Of a DNA stretch of 64,000 bases, positions 18,083 through 32,575 are shown one piece after another. The DNA lies in assembly GCF_009914755.1 (NCBI RefSeq), contig NC_060927.1; one strand, written 5' to 3'. The position numbers were made by a program, and so were the translations under genes. Each line of letters opens with the position of its first letter. Within the stretch, counting starts at the first letter, position 1. Below the pieces are notes generated by a model. It was given only the letters and a program-made list of their open reading frames with translations, was not told where the DNA came from and did not search any database. Source of the DNA: the human T2T-CHM13v2.0 reference genome, Homo sapiens.

Positions 18083-19549
18083 AAATGGTTTATTACAGAG
18101 GTTTTAAAATATCATCTATTTTAATTATATAGTTATATTTTATTATACACTTTATTATATATATTACAAAGGTATCAAATATCATATATTTAAATCAACA
18201 TATTTTAAGCCATTATAGTAAATAATATTTTTAAAACAAAGATAAAGCATATCTAACATTTTCTGCAGTTTCTTTTCAGATCCTGTTTATGGCCCAGTAC
18301 TGTAAAGACCTTAGCTTAGACTTGTGAGCCACATTTTTCTTTTTTCCATACTGGGAAACCCAGTGCCCTCCCAAGATCTTTCTAGGCAGCTCATGGCTTA
18401 AGTTCTGTCTGATCCTGGATGGTGCTGGGCTCAGGTGCCCCATGCTGTCTCCACACATGATCTGTCGGTCACTCTAGCTCTTGTTCTCTCTAGCTCTTGT
18501 TCTCTATGTCCAGTCGGCTGGGGTCAAAGAAAGGTACCCAAGCTGCCTGCAAGAGTCTTTGTGTGTTTGTATTTAAACTGTGAGACTAACAGGCGTGAGA
18601 TAGACTACTCAGGCAATAGGGAAAGAAACTGGGGAGCTCTAGGAACTCCTGCAGAGTGAGTGGCTGGCCAGAGGATGGTGTTATTTCTCTCAGAAGATCC
18701 TTGCAATATGAATAATGTGATCTAAAGAGAAGCTCAGCCTTGTGGAACAAAGACAGAAAGGCAAAAAGGCTCAAATTAGCACCAGTAGAAAAGATAGCCA
18801 TATCCCTAATTCTTTAAAGCAATCAATCCCTTAATAGAGAAAATAGATTTGAAATTTTACCAGTGGTAATCTAAAAGAGGCTGCCACTTCTGCTTTGTAT
18901 TTTTTAAACAGCTTAGCACAGTTTTCTTTGATTGTGGAGGAAAATTGGACAAGGCAAAAATATCCATTACTATTATCTCAATAGCCACTGAACACAGGGC
19001 CCATGTTTAAGCCAGAACAACAGTGACAGGTGGAGAGTGCCATCTTTGGAGTCTGTGTGCTTAGGCACAAATAATATAGCACCAGGTGCTGACCATTCAT
19101 TGGCCTCTCATATGTTCCTGAATTATTTACCAGGTTTATTACAATGAAATCCCAAGAGAACTAAAAGCCACTATCTCCCATCAAGGCATTTAAATTATTG
19201 CATATTCTAGTCAGATTATTGAATGCAAAATTAAGAAGCAAATATAAAAACCTATTTGCATTCTAATTTAGTTGAGATTTTAATTGCTAGAAAGATATTT
19301 TTTCTTTTCTTTTTTTTTAAAGTTAGAGATTTCCTATTGTGCCTTCTAGCACAGAACCATACTGCAACCACAGGGAGGATTATTACAACATGATGGATTA
19401 GAAGAAAATGTATTTTTCCTATATTGCCCTTTTAATCATAGTGGCAAATAAGTACACTTATATTTGAACCATTATTCATTCAATGTTTATATATTATTAT
19501 ATCATTTGGAAGAAGTGTATATGTATATGTATGGGTGTATATATACATA

Positions 19550-19720
19550 AAACCTCATTTTGTCCTCACTACAGTGTTTTGTGATGTAAACACCATTCCT
19601 CATTTTCAAATAAGTAAACTGAAAAGCAGAGAAGAAGAAAACCCTGCTCCAAATCTGCAGAGGCAAGAATCCCAGGAGTTTACATTCCAAGGTCAATGTC
19701 ATCCCAGTATACACTCCACA
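19550..19720 (-). mobile_element. MIR fragment
   Basis: cctcattttgtcctcactacag...cattttcaaataagtaaactgaaaagcagaga is the reverse MIR core. Confidence 0.6.
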
Positions 19721-19851
19721 TGGTGCAGACACTCTGGACTAACTTCTTCCAAGAAGATACCAAGGGGCCTCTTGGGTTTCTTCAGCTTTAGTTCCCAGAG
19801 GTGCACTTCTGTGGGCTCCCTAGAGCTTGGCATGCCATAGTGCCTCTTTAC

Positions 19852-20065
19852 CAGTAGTTCTCAACTATGCAATTTTGCACCTTTAGGGGACATTTGGCAA
19901 TTCTGGAGACATCTGTGGTTGTCAAAATTAAGAGAAGGATGCTATTCACATCTAGTAGGTAGATGCCAAGGATGCTGCTAAACATACTATAATTCACAGG
20001 ATGGTCTGAACAACAAAGAATTATCTGGCCCCAAATGTCAACAGTGCTAAGGTTAAGAAACCCTG
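19852..20065 (+). mobile_element. MER20 (hAT-Charlie MITE)
   Basis: cagtagttctcaac...ggggacatttggcaattctggagaca...ggccccaaatgtcaacagtgctaaggttaagaaaccctg; CAG...CTG termini. Confidence 0.88.
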
Positions 20066-21917
20066 GTCAACACTGTGCACCCCAGGTGGGCTGACAATCT
20101 TAAACTTAAATTATCTTTGAGGGATTCTGTAAATATGATGGGGTTGTCCATCTGAGCCTAAAGTCCTGGGGGATGCAACTCTGACTTGGAATAAATTTCT
20201 GAGCACATTCTAGAGGTACCCTTGGATAAGCTAAACTCACTGGCTTGGAACCCTGAATGCTAGGCCCCTCTTCAGTCCATGGATATCCAGTGTAGAAACT
20301 TTATATACCGTGATATTGGGCTCCTACATGGGACAGGCATTAAACTGCAAACTTGGCACACATTCAGAGAGATTCACACAAGAGGAGCTGATGAAACAAT
20401 GAAGGGCTCAATCATTGAAAGGAAAGAGTTGAATGGTTTCAAAAAGTGTTTAGTGATTGGGAAAGTGGGTGGGGAGTTATCAGAGAGGGTAATGGTAAGA
20501 CTTCTGACCACAAGATATATACAGAATCGAAGGCACAAAGGGAAGGGTCTTCCAGGCCCCTCCAAAAGCTACCTTCCTCCTGTACCCTCACAACTAAGTC
20601 TCTAGGGAGAAACTGTTTATGTCATAGACAGTAGTAGACCCAAGGCCATGTGTGGTAGTGTTTGCAATTTATTTGACAGAGATTACAGAATCCTTCCCAG
20701 TGATTAGGATCAGGAAAACAGACACTATCCCCAAGCAAGATGGTCATTTGCAAGTTCACCCCTCTGTACAGGCCCATATCTTTCTCACAAAATCTCTATT
20801 CTTCTATACGTAATTTATGACCAGTCATACAAATACTGTCTTTTAACAAGTTGTTTTGGTTGTTTTGCAGTTGGTAGAACTTCTGCTTCTGTCTGTGAAG
20901 AATTAACTGCTGTGCAAATTGCTTTTTTCTGTGAACAAGTTGAAAACCAGACAAAACACATGAAAGAATCATTTTCAGGCATTGTACAACAGATGCCACA
21001 CAACTGGGCTTCCTAAGAGATACTGCCTGGAGGTCATTTCCAGGTCACAGCACGTGGAGGGAAAACCAATCAGAACCTAGAATTCTACCTGAGGTAAGGG
21101 GGAATGGATTGGAATTTAAGGATGTTGAGGTGGTTAGAATTTGTGGGACAGAGTAATGAAGAAGAGGGAGATACAGAGAGTGGGGAGAGCACTTTGGAAA
21201 TCTGCAGAGGATCCCCCCCAGTCTTCTCCTAAGTATGATTTGGATATGAGCTGGAAGAAACTACTTGGAGTTGAAGAAAAAAACACTGATAGGCAATAGC
21301 TGAGTAATTCCTGGAGCTCACACAGGGCTGAGACTACCCTGTGTTTCCATCAGCCAGTGTGGAGAGACCCCAAAATACACAGGACATTGGATAAAATCCT
21401 CAGAAAAGCCACATCTTAGTAGTAAAAACAAATTAACTCTAAACTAGATGTTACTCTGGATATACCCTAAAGGAAAGTCTCAAATGGATCAAAGTGATCT
21501 GTAAAAACTCAACTGCATTCCAGAACACAACTCAATGCTCTTAAAAGGAATATAACAACATCCAGTGCTCAACAATGTAAAATTCAAAATAATCACCAGG
21601 CATTCAAAGAAATGAAAAAATATGACCTATACCCATAAAGTTTTAAAAAATAGATAAATAATATCAGACACAGAAATAACAGAAATGATATAACTATCAC
21701 ACAAGAACCTTAAAACAACTATTATAAATATGCTCTAGGATATAAAGCAAAATATGAACAAAATGAGGAGAGAATTGAAAGATAAAAAGGAGATCTAAAT
21801 AGAACTTCTAGAGATAACAATATAATATCTGAAATAAAAATGTAACAGATCAGACATTGCAAAAAGAAACATTGGTTAACTTAAAAACATAGCAATAGAA
21901 ATTATCCAAAAATCTGA

Positions 21918-22328
<411 letters not shown>

Positions 22329-24051
22329 TAATGTGTTATTTAATTTATATATGTATTGGTGTCCACCGATTATTGACTTCCCCCATTAGAACACAAATTC
22401 TGTGAAAGTAAGGATCTTAATTTTGTATACCAGTGTATTTTCAGGTGCATAAACAGAAAATGATTGATAAGAATGATATATGGCGGCGGATCAAGATGGC
22501 GAAATAGAAGGCTCCACTGATCATTCCCTCTGCAAGGACACCAAGTTAACAGCTGTCTACACAGAAAAAAACACCTTCATAAGAACCAGAAATCAGAGCA
22601 GAAAGGCAAACTAGATCAAACTCAGCTGAAATGTGCAAACGGAGGGAGGATTTAAAACAGCCCTAGCCAGAGAAGAATCACCAATCCCAGTGGTCTAAAC
22701 TTGAGTGCCTGTAAACCTCACCAGTGAAGGCCACAGTGCTCTTTGTCTCCAAGTAAACTTCAAAAGCAGTCTAGGCCATAAGGACTGCAACTCTTAGGTG
22801 AGTCCTGGTGCTGAACTAGGCCCAGAGACAGCAGACTGGGAGTGCATGCAACCTACTGAGACACCAGCTGGGGCAGCCAAGAGAGTATTGGCATCACCCC
22901 TCCCCTTACCCCAGGCTACACAGCTTACAGCTCCAAAAGAGACCCCTTCCTTCCACTTGAGAATAGGAGAGGGAGAAGTGGGGAGACCATTGTCTTGCGT
23001 CTAGGATACCAGCGCAGCCACAGCAGGATAGGGCACTGGTCAGAGTCATGAGGCCTCCATTCTAGGCCCTAGAAACCAGGTGACATTACTAGACACACCC
23101 TGGGCCAGAGGGAACCCACTGCATTGAAGGAAAGGACCCAGCCCTGCCAGCATTTATCACCTGCTAAGTGAAGAGCCCTTGGTTCTGAATAACCAGCAGC
23201 AATAACCAGGGACTATGTTGAGGGCCTTGGGTGAGCCTCTGAGACTTCCTGGCTTCAGGTAGAACTCAGTACATTACCAGCTGTGGTGGCTGCAGGACAA
23301 AACTTCTGCTTGATAAAAGCAGAAGGAAATGTAAAAGGGACTTTGTCTTGCACCTTAGGTACCACCACAGATACAGGGGGTTAGAATACCAAGAGGGCTC
23401 TTGGAGTCCCTGATTACAGGACTTGACCCTTGGGCAGCATTTCTGGACCTTCCCTGGGCCAGAGGGGAGCCCACTGTCCTGAAGGGTGAGTCTCAGGCTA
23501 GGTAACATTCAGGACAAGCTGATTTAAGAGAACTTGGGCCTTAAGGGAACATCAGCAGTAGTCTGGCAGTCCTCCTCATGGGCTGGGTTGGCAGTGGCCA
23601 ACATGGCGAAACCCTGTCTCTACTAAAGGCAGTTCCTCTGCCTTTGGAAAGGGGAGAGAAGAGTGGGAAGGACTGTGTCTTGTGGTCTGAGGGCCAGCTC
23701 AGCCACAGTATAATAGAATACCAGGTAGACTTCTAAGGTTTTGGACTCTAGTCCTTGACTCCTGGACCTACCTGGGGCATAGGGGAAGGACAAAGCCTTT
23801 CCTCTAAAATCTGGAACACAACAAGGATGCCCACTGCCATCACTGTTATTCAACATACTACTGGAAGTCCTAGCTAGAGCAATTAGATAAGAGAAAGATA
23901 TAAAAAGCATCCAAATTGAAAAGGAATAACTCAAATGATCATTGTTTGCAGACAATATGATCTTATATTTGGAAAAACCTAAAGACTCCACAAGAAAAAT
24001 GATTAGAACTGATAAATTCAATAAAACTGCAGGATACGAAATCAACACACA

Positions 24052-27000
24052 TTTACCCAAATAAACATGAATCATTCTAGTATGTTCATTACAGCATTAT
24101 TCACAATAACAAAGACATAGAATCAACCTAAATGCCCATCAATGGTAGACTGGATAAAGATAAAAAAATAAAGTTCTTGTAATACACAAGAACTTCACAA
24201 TGCAATCACAAGTATCCATAGGATGGACCAAGCAGTGGAAAGAATTTCAGAGCTTGAACACTATCTTTCTGCATATAGACAGGCAGACAAGAATACAGAA
24301 ACAAATAAAAAGAGAAGGAATGAACAAAACCTCAGAGAAATATGAGATTATGTAAAGAGACCAAACCTATGACTTGACTGGGGTACCTGAAAGAGAGGGG
24401 CAGAATGGAACTGAGTTGGAAAACATGCATCAGGATAGCATACAGGAAAACTTCTCCAAGCTAGCAAGATGGGCCAAAGTTCAAATTCAGGAAATGCCGA
24501 GAACCCCAGTAAGATACTCCACAAGAAGATCAACTCCAAGATACATAATCATCAGATTCTCCAAGGTGAAAATGAAAAAAAAAATGCTAAGGGTAGCCAG
24601 AGAGAAAGTCCAGGTCACCTACAAAGGGAAGCCCAACAGAAAACAGTGGACTCCTCAGCAGAAACTCTACAAGCCAGAAGAGACTGGAAACCAATATTCA
24701 ACATTCTTAAAGAAAAATATTTCCAATCCAGAATTTCACATCGGGCCAAACTAAGCTTCATAAGTGAAGGAGAAATAAGATCCTTTTCAGACAAGCAAAT
24801 GCTGAGGGAATTTGTCACAACCAGGCTGCCCTGCAAGCACTCCTGAAGGAAGCACTAAATATGGAAAGGAAAAACTGTTACCAGCTACTACAAAAACATA
24901 CTAAAGTACACAGACCAGTGACACTATGAAGCAACCACAAAAACAAGTCAGCAAAATAACCAGCTAGCATCATGATGACAGGATCAAATTCATACATAAC
25001 AATACTAACCTTAAATATAAATGGGCTAAATGCCCCCAATTAAAAGTCACAGAATGGCAAGCTGGATAAACAGCCAAGGGCCATCAGTATGCTGTCTTCA
25101 AGACACCCACCTCAAGTGCAAAGACACACATAGGCTCAAAATAAGGGAATGGAGAAAAATTTATGAAGCAAATGGAAAACAGAAAAAAGCAAGGGTTGCA
25201 GTCCTAGTTTCTGACAAAACACACTTTACACCAACAAAGATAAAAAAAAGACAAAGAAGGGCATTCCATAATGGTAAAGCGTTCAATTCAACAAGCAGAG
25301 CTAACTATCCTAAATATATATGCACCCAATACAGGAGCACCCAGATTCATAAAGCAAGTTCTTAGAGACCTACAAAGAGACTAAGACTCCCACACAATAA
25401 TAGTGAAATACTTTGACACTCCACTGAAAATATTAGACATATCACTGAGACAGAAAATTAACAAAGACATTCAGGACCTGAACTAAGCTCTGGATCAAGA
25501 GGACCTGATAGATATCTACAGAACTCTCCACCCAAAAACAACAGAATATACATTCTTCTCATCACCACATGGCACTTTTTCAGCAAAGGCAAAAGTATTG
25601 AAATCATAACAGTCTTTCTGACCACAGCACAATCAAATTAGAACTCAAGATTAAGAAATTCACTCAAAACCACACAACTACATGGAAATTGAACAACCTG
25701 CTCCTGAATGACTCCTGGGTAAATAACAAAATTAAGGCAGAAATCAAGAAATTCCTTGAAACTAATGAGAACAAAGAGACAACATACCAGAATCTCTGGG
25801 GTGCAGCTGAAGCAGTGTTAAGAGGAAAATTTATAGCACTAAATGCCCACATCAAAAAGCTAGAAAGATCTCAAGTTAACAACCTAATATCACAACTAAA
25901 AGAATGACAGAACCAAAAGCAAACAAATTTCAAAGCTAGAAGAAGACAAGACATAACCAAGATCAGATCAGAGTTGAAATGAAAATATAGACACAAAAAA
26001 CCTTTCAAAAAAATCAATGAATCCAGGAGCTGTTTTATTTAAAATTAATAAAAAGATAGGCAACTAACTAGACTAATAAAGAACAAAAGAGAGAAGAATC
26101 AAACAGACACAATCAGAAATGTTAAGTGGGATATCATCACTGATCCCACAGAAATACAAACAACCATCAGAGAATACTACACACACCTGTATGCACATAA
26201 ACTAGAGAATCTAGAAGAAATGGATAAATTCCTGGACACATACACCTTCTCAAGACTGAAGCAGAAAGAAATTGAATCCCTGAATACACCAATGACACGT
26301 TCTGAAATTGAGGCAGTAACAAATAGCCTAACAACCAAAAAAAGCCCAAGATCAGACAGATTCACAGCTGAATTCTACCAGCGGTACAAAGAAAAGCTGG
26401 TACCATTTCTACTGAAACTTTTCCAAAAAATTGAAAAGGAAGGACTTCTCCCTAACTCATTCTTGAGGCCAGTATCATCCTCATACCAAACCTGGCAGAG
26501 ATACAACAACAAAAAAAGAAAATTTCAGGCCAATATCCTTGATGAACATTGAGGCAAAAATCCTCAATAAAATACTGGCAAACCAAATCCAGCAGCACAT
26601 CAAAAAGCGTATCCACTACGATCAAGTTGGCTGCATCCCTGAGATTCAAGTTTGGTTCAACATATGCAAATCAATAAATGTGATTCATCACATAAACAGA
26701 ATAAAAGACAAAAACCACATGATTATCTCAATAGGCCCAGAAAAGGCCTTCGATAAAATTCAACATCCCTTCATGTTAAAAGCTCTCAATAAACTAGGTA
26801 TTGAAGGAACATACTTCAAAATAATAAGAGCCATCTATGACAGTCCCACAGCCAGTATCATACTGAATGGGCAAAAGTTGGAAGCATTCCCCTTGAAAAC
26901 TGGCACAAGACAAGGATGCCCTATCTCACTATTTCTATCCAACATAGTATTAGAAGTTCTGGCCAGGGCAATCAGGCAAGAGAAAGAAATAAATGGTATT

Positions 27001-29388
27001 CAAATAGGAAGAGAAGAAGTCAAATTATCTTTGTTTGCAGATGACACGATCCTATATCTAGAAAACCCCATTGTCTCAGCCCAAAAGCTTCTTAAGCTGA
27101 TAAGCAACTTCAGCAAAGACTAAGGATATAAACATCAATGTGCAAAAATTGCTAGCATTCCTATACACCAACAACAGGCAAGCAGAGAGCCAAATTGTGA
27201 ATGAACTCCCATTCGTAATTGCTACAAAAAGAATAAAATACCTAGGAATACAGCTAATAAGGGAAGTGAAGGACCTCTTCAAGGAGAACTACAAACCACT
27301 GCTCAAAGAAATCAGAGAAGACACAAACAAACGGAAAAACATTTCATCCTCATGGATAGGAAGAATCAATATCATGAAAATGGCCATATTGCCCAAAGTA
27401 ATTTATAGATTCAATGCTATTCCCATTAAATTACCATTGACATTCTTCACAGAATTAGAAGAAAATCATTTTAAAATTCATATGGAACCAAAAAAGAGCC
27501 CTAATAGCCAAGGCAATATTAAGCAAAAAGAACAAAGCTTGAGGCATCACACTACCCAACTTCAAACTATAGTACAAGGCTACAGTAACCCAAATAGCAT
27601 GGTAGTTGTAGAGAAGCAGACACATAAACCAATGAAACAAAATAGCTCAGAAATCAGACCACATACCTACCACCATCTGACTGTTGACAAGCTTGACAAA
27701 AACAAGCAATAGGGAAAGGATTCCCTATTTAATAAATGGCGCTAGGGGAACTGGCTAGCCAAATGCAGAAAATTAATACTGGACCCCTTCCTTACACCAC
27801 ATACAAAAATTAACTGGAGATGGATTAAAGACTTAAATGTAAAACCCAAAACTATAAAAAAAAACTCTAGAAGAAAGTCTAGGCAAAACCATTCAGGACA
27901 TAAGCACAGGAAAAGATTTCATGACAAAAATGCCGAAAGTGATTGCAATGAAAGCAAAAATGACAAATGGAATCTAATTAAACTTAAGAGCTTGTGCACA
28001 GCAAAAGAAATTATTATTAGAGCAAACAGACAACCTAAAGAATGGGAGAAAAATTTCTGCAATCTATCTATCTGACAAAGGTTTAATAACCAGAGTCTAC
28101 AAGGAACTTAAGCCAATTTACAAGAAAAACAAACAACACCATTAAAAAGTGGGCAAAGGACATGAACAGACACTTCTCAAAAGAAGATATACATCTGGCC
28201 AACAAACATATGAAAAAAAAAGCTCAACATCACTGATCATTAGAGAAATGCAAATCAAAACCACAATGAGATACCATCTCATGCCAGTCAGAATGGCTAT
28301 TATTAAAAAGTCAAAAAAAACAACAGAAGCTGCCAATGTTGTGGAAAAAAAGGAATTATTGGTGTGAGTATGAATTAGTTCAATCATTGTGGAAGATAGT
28401 GTGGCAATTCCTCAAAGACCTAGAAGCAGAAATACCATTTGACCCAGCAATCCCATTACTGGGTCTATATCCAAAGGAATATAAATCATTCTGTTACAAA
28501 GATACATGCACACATATGTTCACTGCAGCACTATTAACAATAGCAAAGACATGGAATCAACCTAAATGCTCATCAATGATATACTAGATAAAGAAAATGT
28601 GTTACATATACACCATGGAATACTATGCAGCCATAAAAAGGAATGAGATCATGTTCCTTGCAGGGACATGAATGGAGCTGGAAGCCATTATCCTCAGCAA
28701 ACTAATGCAGGAACAGAAACCCAAACACTTCATGTTCTCACTTATAAGTGGGAGCTGAATGATGAGAACATATGGACACATGTGAGGGGGCAACAACATA
28801 CACTGGGGCTTGTCGGAGGGGGTGTGGTGAGGGAGGGAGAGCATCAGGAAGAATAGCTAATGGATGCTGGCCTTAATACCTAGGCGATGTGATGATCTGT
28901 GCAGTAAACTACCATGGCACACATTTACCTATGTAACAAACTTGCACATCTTGTACATACATGTACTCTTGAACTTAAAATAAAAGTTGAAGGGAAAAAA
29001 AAAGAAAATGTGGTACATATACATCATGGAATACTATGCAGCCATAAAAAGAATGAGATTATATCCTTTGCAGGAACATGGATGGAGATGGAGGCCATTA
29101 TCCTTAGAAAAGTAACACAGGAACAGAAAACCAAATACTGCATGTTCTCACTTACAAGTGGGATCTAAATGATTAGAACACATGGACACACAGAGGGGAA
29201 CAACAGACACTGGGGCCTACTGAGGGTGAAGAGTGGGAAGAGGGAGAGGATCAGAAAAAATAACTAATGGGTACTAGCTTAGTACCTGGGTGATGAAATA
29301 ATCTGTACGACAAACCCCATGACATGAGTTTACCTATATAACAAACCTGTACCTATACACCTGAACATAACATAAAAGTTTATAAAAA
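24052..29388 (+). mobile_element. Short L1P 3' fragment split into 24052-24160 and 29004-29388
   Basis: ggtagactggataaaga (24160) continues as gaaaatgtggtacatatac (29004), followed by a second L1 3'UTR and A-tail. Confidence 0.75.
24180..29003 (+). mobile_element. 5'-truncated older L1PA (ORF1 C-half, ORF2, 3'UTR, poly-A); frameshifted
   Basis: Plus-strand ORFs 24374-24846 (ORF1p), 26539-27123 (RT: QGCPISL...LFADD) and 27140-27712; AATAAA and A-tail at ~28979-29003. Confidence 0.95.
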
Positions 29389-31198
29389 ATCAGTAGCATT
29401 TCTATATGCCAACAGTGAACTATGTGAAAAAGAAATAAAAATGTAATCCTATTTATAATAGCCACACATAAAATTAAATATCTAGGAATTAACCTGACCA
29501 AAGAAGTGAAAGATCTGTATAATGAAAACTATAAAACACAGATTATAAAAATTGAAGAAGACACCAAAAATGGAAAAATATCCCATATACATGGATTAGA
29601 AGAATCAATGTTGTTAAAATGTCCATACTACCCAAAGCAATCTACAGATTCAATGCAATCCCTATCAAAATACCAGTGACATTCTTCACAGAAATAGAAA
29701 ATACAATCCTAAAATTTATGTGGAACCACAAAAGACCCAGAATAGTTAAAGGTATCCTGAGTGAAAAGAACAAAACTGGAGGAATCACATTACCTGACTT
29801 CAAATTATGCTACAGAATGATTGTAACTAAAACAGAATAGTACTGGCATAAAAACAGACTCAGACCAATAGAACAGAAGAGAGAACCCAGAAACTACAGT
29901 GAACTCATTTTTGGCAAAGGTGCCAAGAACATACACTGGGAAAGAGAGGGTCTCTTCAATAAATGGTACTGGGAAAACTGGATATCCACATGCATAAGAA
30001 TGAAACTGGACACCCATCTCTCACCATATACAAAAATCAAATGAAAATGGATTAAAGACTTAAATCTAAGACCTCAAACTATGAAAATACTACAGGAAAA
30101 CATTGCAGAAAGTCTCTAGACATTGGTCTGGGCAAACATTTCTTGAGCAATATGCCACAAGCACAGGCGACCAAAGCAAAAATGGAAAAATAGGATCACA
30201 TCAAGTTACAAAGCCTCTGTACATCAAAGGATACAATCAACAAAGTCAAGAGACAACTCACAGAATGACAGAAAATATTTGCCAACTACCCATCTGACAA
30301 AGGATTAATCACCAGACTATATAAGGAGCTCAAACAACTCTATAGGAAAAAATTTAATAATCCGATTAAAAAAATGGGCAAAAGAGCTAACAGAAATTTT
30401 TCCAACAAAGACAGACAAATGGCAAACAGGTATATGAAAAGATGCTCAATGTCATTTATCATCAGAGAAATGCAGATGAAAACTAAAATATCTTCTCACC
30501 CCAGTTAAAATGGCTTATATCCAAAAGACAGGCAATAACAAATGCTGGTGAGGATGTGGAGAAAAAGGGACCCTTGTACACTGTTGGTGGGAATGTACAT
30601 TAGTGCAACCATTATGGAGAACAGTTTGGAGGTTCCTCAAAAAACTAAAAATTGAGCTACTGTATGATCTGGCAATCCCATTGCTGGATATATACCCAAA
30701 AGAAAGAAAAGCAGTATATTAAAGAGATGTCTGCACTCCTGTTTGTTGCAGCATTGCTTACTATAGCTAAGATTTGGAAGCAATCTAAGTCTCCATCAAC
30801 AGATGAATGAATAAAGAAAATGTGGTACATCTACACAATGATGTACTATTCATCCATGTATAAGAATTAGGTCCAGTAATTAGCAACAACATGGATGGCA
30901 CTGGAGATCATTACGTTAAGTGAAATAAGCCAAGCACAGAAAGACAAACATCACATCTTCTTATTTATTTGTGGGATCTAAAAATCAAAACAAGTGAACT
31001 CATGAACAGAGTATAGAAGGATGGTTACCATAGGTTGGAAAGGGAGTGGGAGGTGGGAGGAGAAGTGGGTATAGTTAAAGTTTATAAAAAATTAGTTAGA
31101 ATGAGTAAGACTTACTATTTGATAGTACAACAGGGTGACTATAGTCAATAATAACTTAATTGTACATTTTAAAATGAAAAGTGTAAGTACATTGTTTT

Positions 31199-31234
31199 TA
31201 CACATGATCTTATCCCAAAAGGCTGAGAAGTGAT
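31199..31234 (-). pseudogene. 3'-truncated U2 snRNA retrocopy (U2 nt ~1-35)
   Basis: Minus strand ATCACTTCTCAGCCTTTTGGGATAAGATCATGTGTA vs U2 5' end ATCGCTTCTCGGCCTTTTGGCTAAGATCAAGTGTA; flanked by 23-bp direct repeats at 31178-31200 and 31236-31258 (3 mismatches). Confidence 0.88.
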
Positions 31235-32296
31235 AAGAGTGTAAGTGGATTGTTTTTAATTCAAAGAATAAATGCTTAAGGGAATAGATACCCCATTCTC
31301 CATGATGTGCTTATTTTACATTGCATGCCTATATCAAAACATCTCATGAACCCCTAAATATATTCACCTATTTACCCACAAAAATTAAAAATAAAAAAGA
31401 ATGAACATTGTCTCAATGACTTATAGAATAATAGCAAGTTGTCTGACATACATGTAACTGCTGTTTGAGGGGGAAAAAGTGAGGAGGGAGGAGTAGAAAA
31501 AATATTTGAAAAATAATGACCAAAATTTTTCGTATTTGATGAAAAGTATAAACCTACAGATCCAAGCTCAACCAATCCCAAGCAGAACAAACACTAAATA
31601 ACAAAAACAAAACAAGGCACAGAAATTGCTAAAAACCAGCAATAAAGATAAAATTTTAGAAGCAGCAGTCAGATTATGTACAGAGGAACAAGAGTAAGAC
31701 TTACAACTGATTTTTCATCAAAAATAATGAAAGCCACAAGAGAATGGAATGGCATCTCTCAAGCACTGGGAAAAAAAAAAAAAGTCAGCCCAGAATACAA
31801 TACCCACTGAAAATGTATTTCAGAAATGGAGTTAAAATAAAGTAATTTTCAGACAAAGAAAATCTGAGAGACATGCACTATAAAAAAATGTTAGAGTTAG
31901 TTCTTTAGGCAGAAGTAAAATGATGCCAGATACAAATTTGGATCTATACAAAGGAATGAAGAGTGCTGGAAATGGTAAGTGTGTGAGTAAATGTAAAAAA
32001 TTATTTTTGTTATTTTGTAAGGCTATGCTCATAAGCATGTACTTATTGGAAAAATACACAAATACTGAATTCTTTAAACCCATATCACCTATATTCTTTC
32101 ATTTTTCAAATACAGTTGCCTCAGTTCATATTCTCATTGCCAGTTGAGTTGGAGCCTGCATTACCAGAAAAAAAAATAATGAGAGTTCCAGGGCTAGCGG
32201 GTGATGGGACAAATGTATAAGAGGATGATATACATACATTAATGGAGACCCCCACAGTTACACCTTTGCTTTCTCCTCAAAATGCTCTTGCTGCTG

Positions 32297-32575
32297 ATAT
32301 TCATTCATTTAACTTTTTTCTTTTTGAGCACCAACAATGTGAAAGGAACTGTTCTAGGCACCTGGAATACAGTGGTAAACAAAATAAAGATCCCTACTTT
32401 TATAGAATCTGTGTTCCAATGGGGGAAGGCAAACAATAATCAGTGGACACCAATACATACATAAATTAAATAATATACTAAAAAATGTTGAGGACAGTGG
32501 TGGAAACAGTAGATCAGCCAAAGAGCATTTGCAAAAGCCAGAGGAGATATGAAGTGATCTTAAATGAAGGTGTCC
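32297..32575 (-). mobile_element. L2 3' fragment (template of the inverted copy at ~21916-22456)
   Basis: attcattcattt...gagcaccaacaatgtg...ctgttctaggcacctggaatacagtgg, reverse L2 3' end. Confidence 0.7.

Larger units (their letters stand above)
22483..31398 (+). mobile_element. L1MA-like element: 5'UTR 22483-~23780, large internal deletion, ORF2 ~23790-24050, resuming 29389-31398
   Basis: 5' end ggcggcggatcaagatggcgaaatagaaggc; ORF2 aaatcaacacaca joins to aaatcagtagcatttctata; L1MA-type 3'UTR ending tacccacaaaaattaaaaataaaaaa. Confidence 0.8.

Noticed and set aside
18472-18505. 16-bp tandem duplication ctctagctcttgttct x2
   Set aside because: Ordinary slippage duplication with no associated feature
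26220-27712. Reverse-transcriptase-like ORFs (also 8717-9370 and 50176-50385) as a novel RT system
   Set aside because: They are frameshifted fragments of ordinary L1 ORF2p within recognisable L1 bodies that have 3'UTRs and tails
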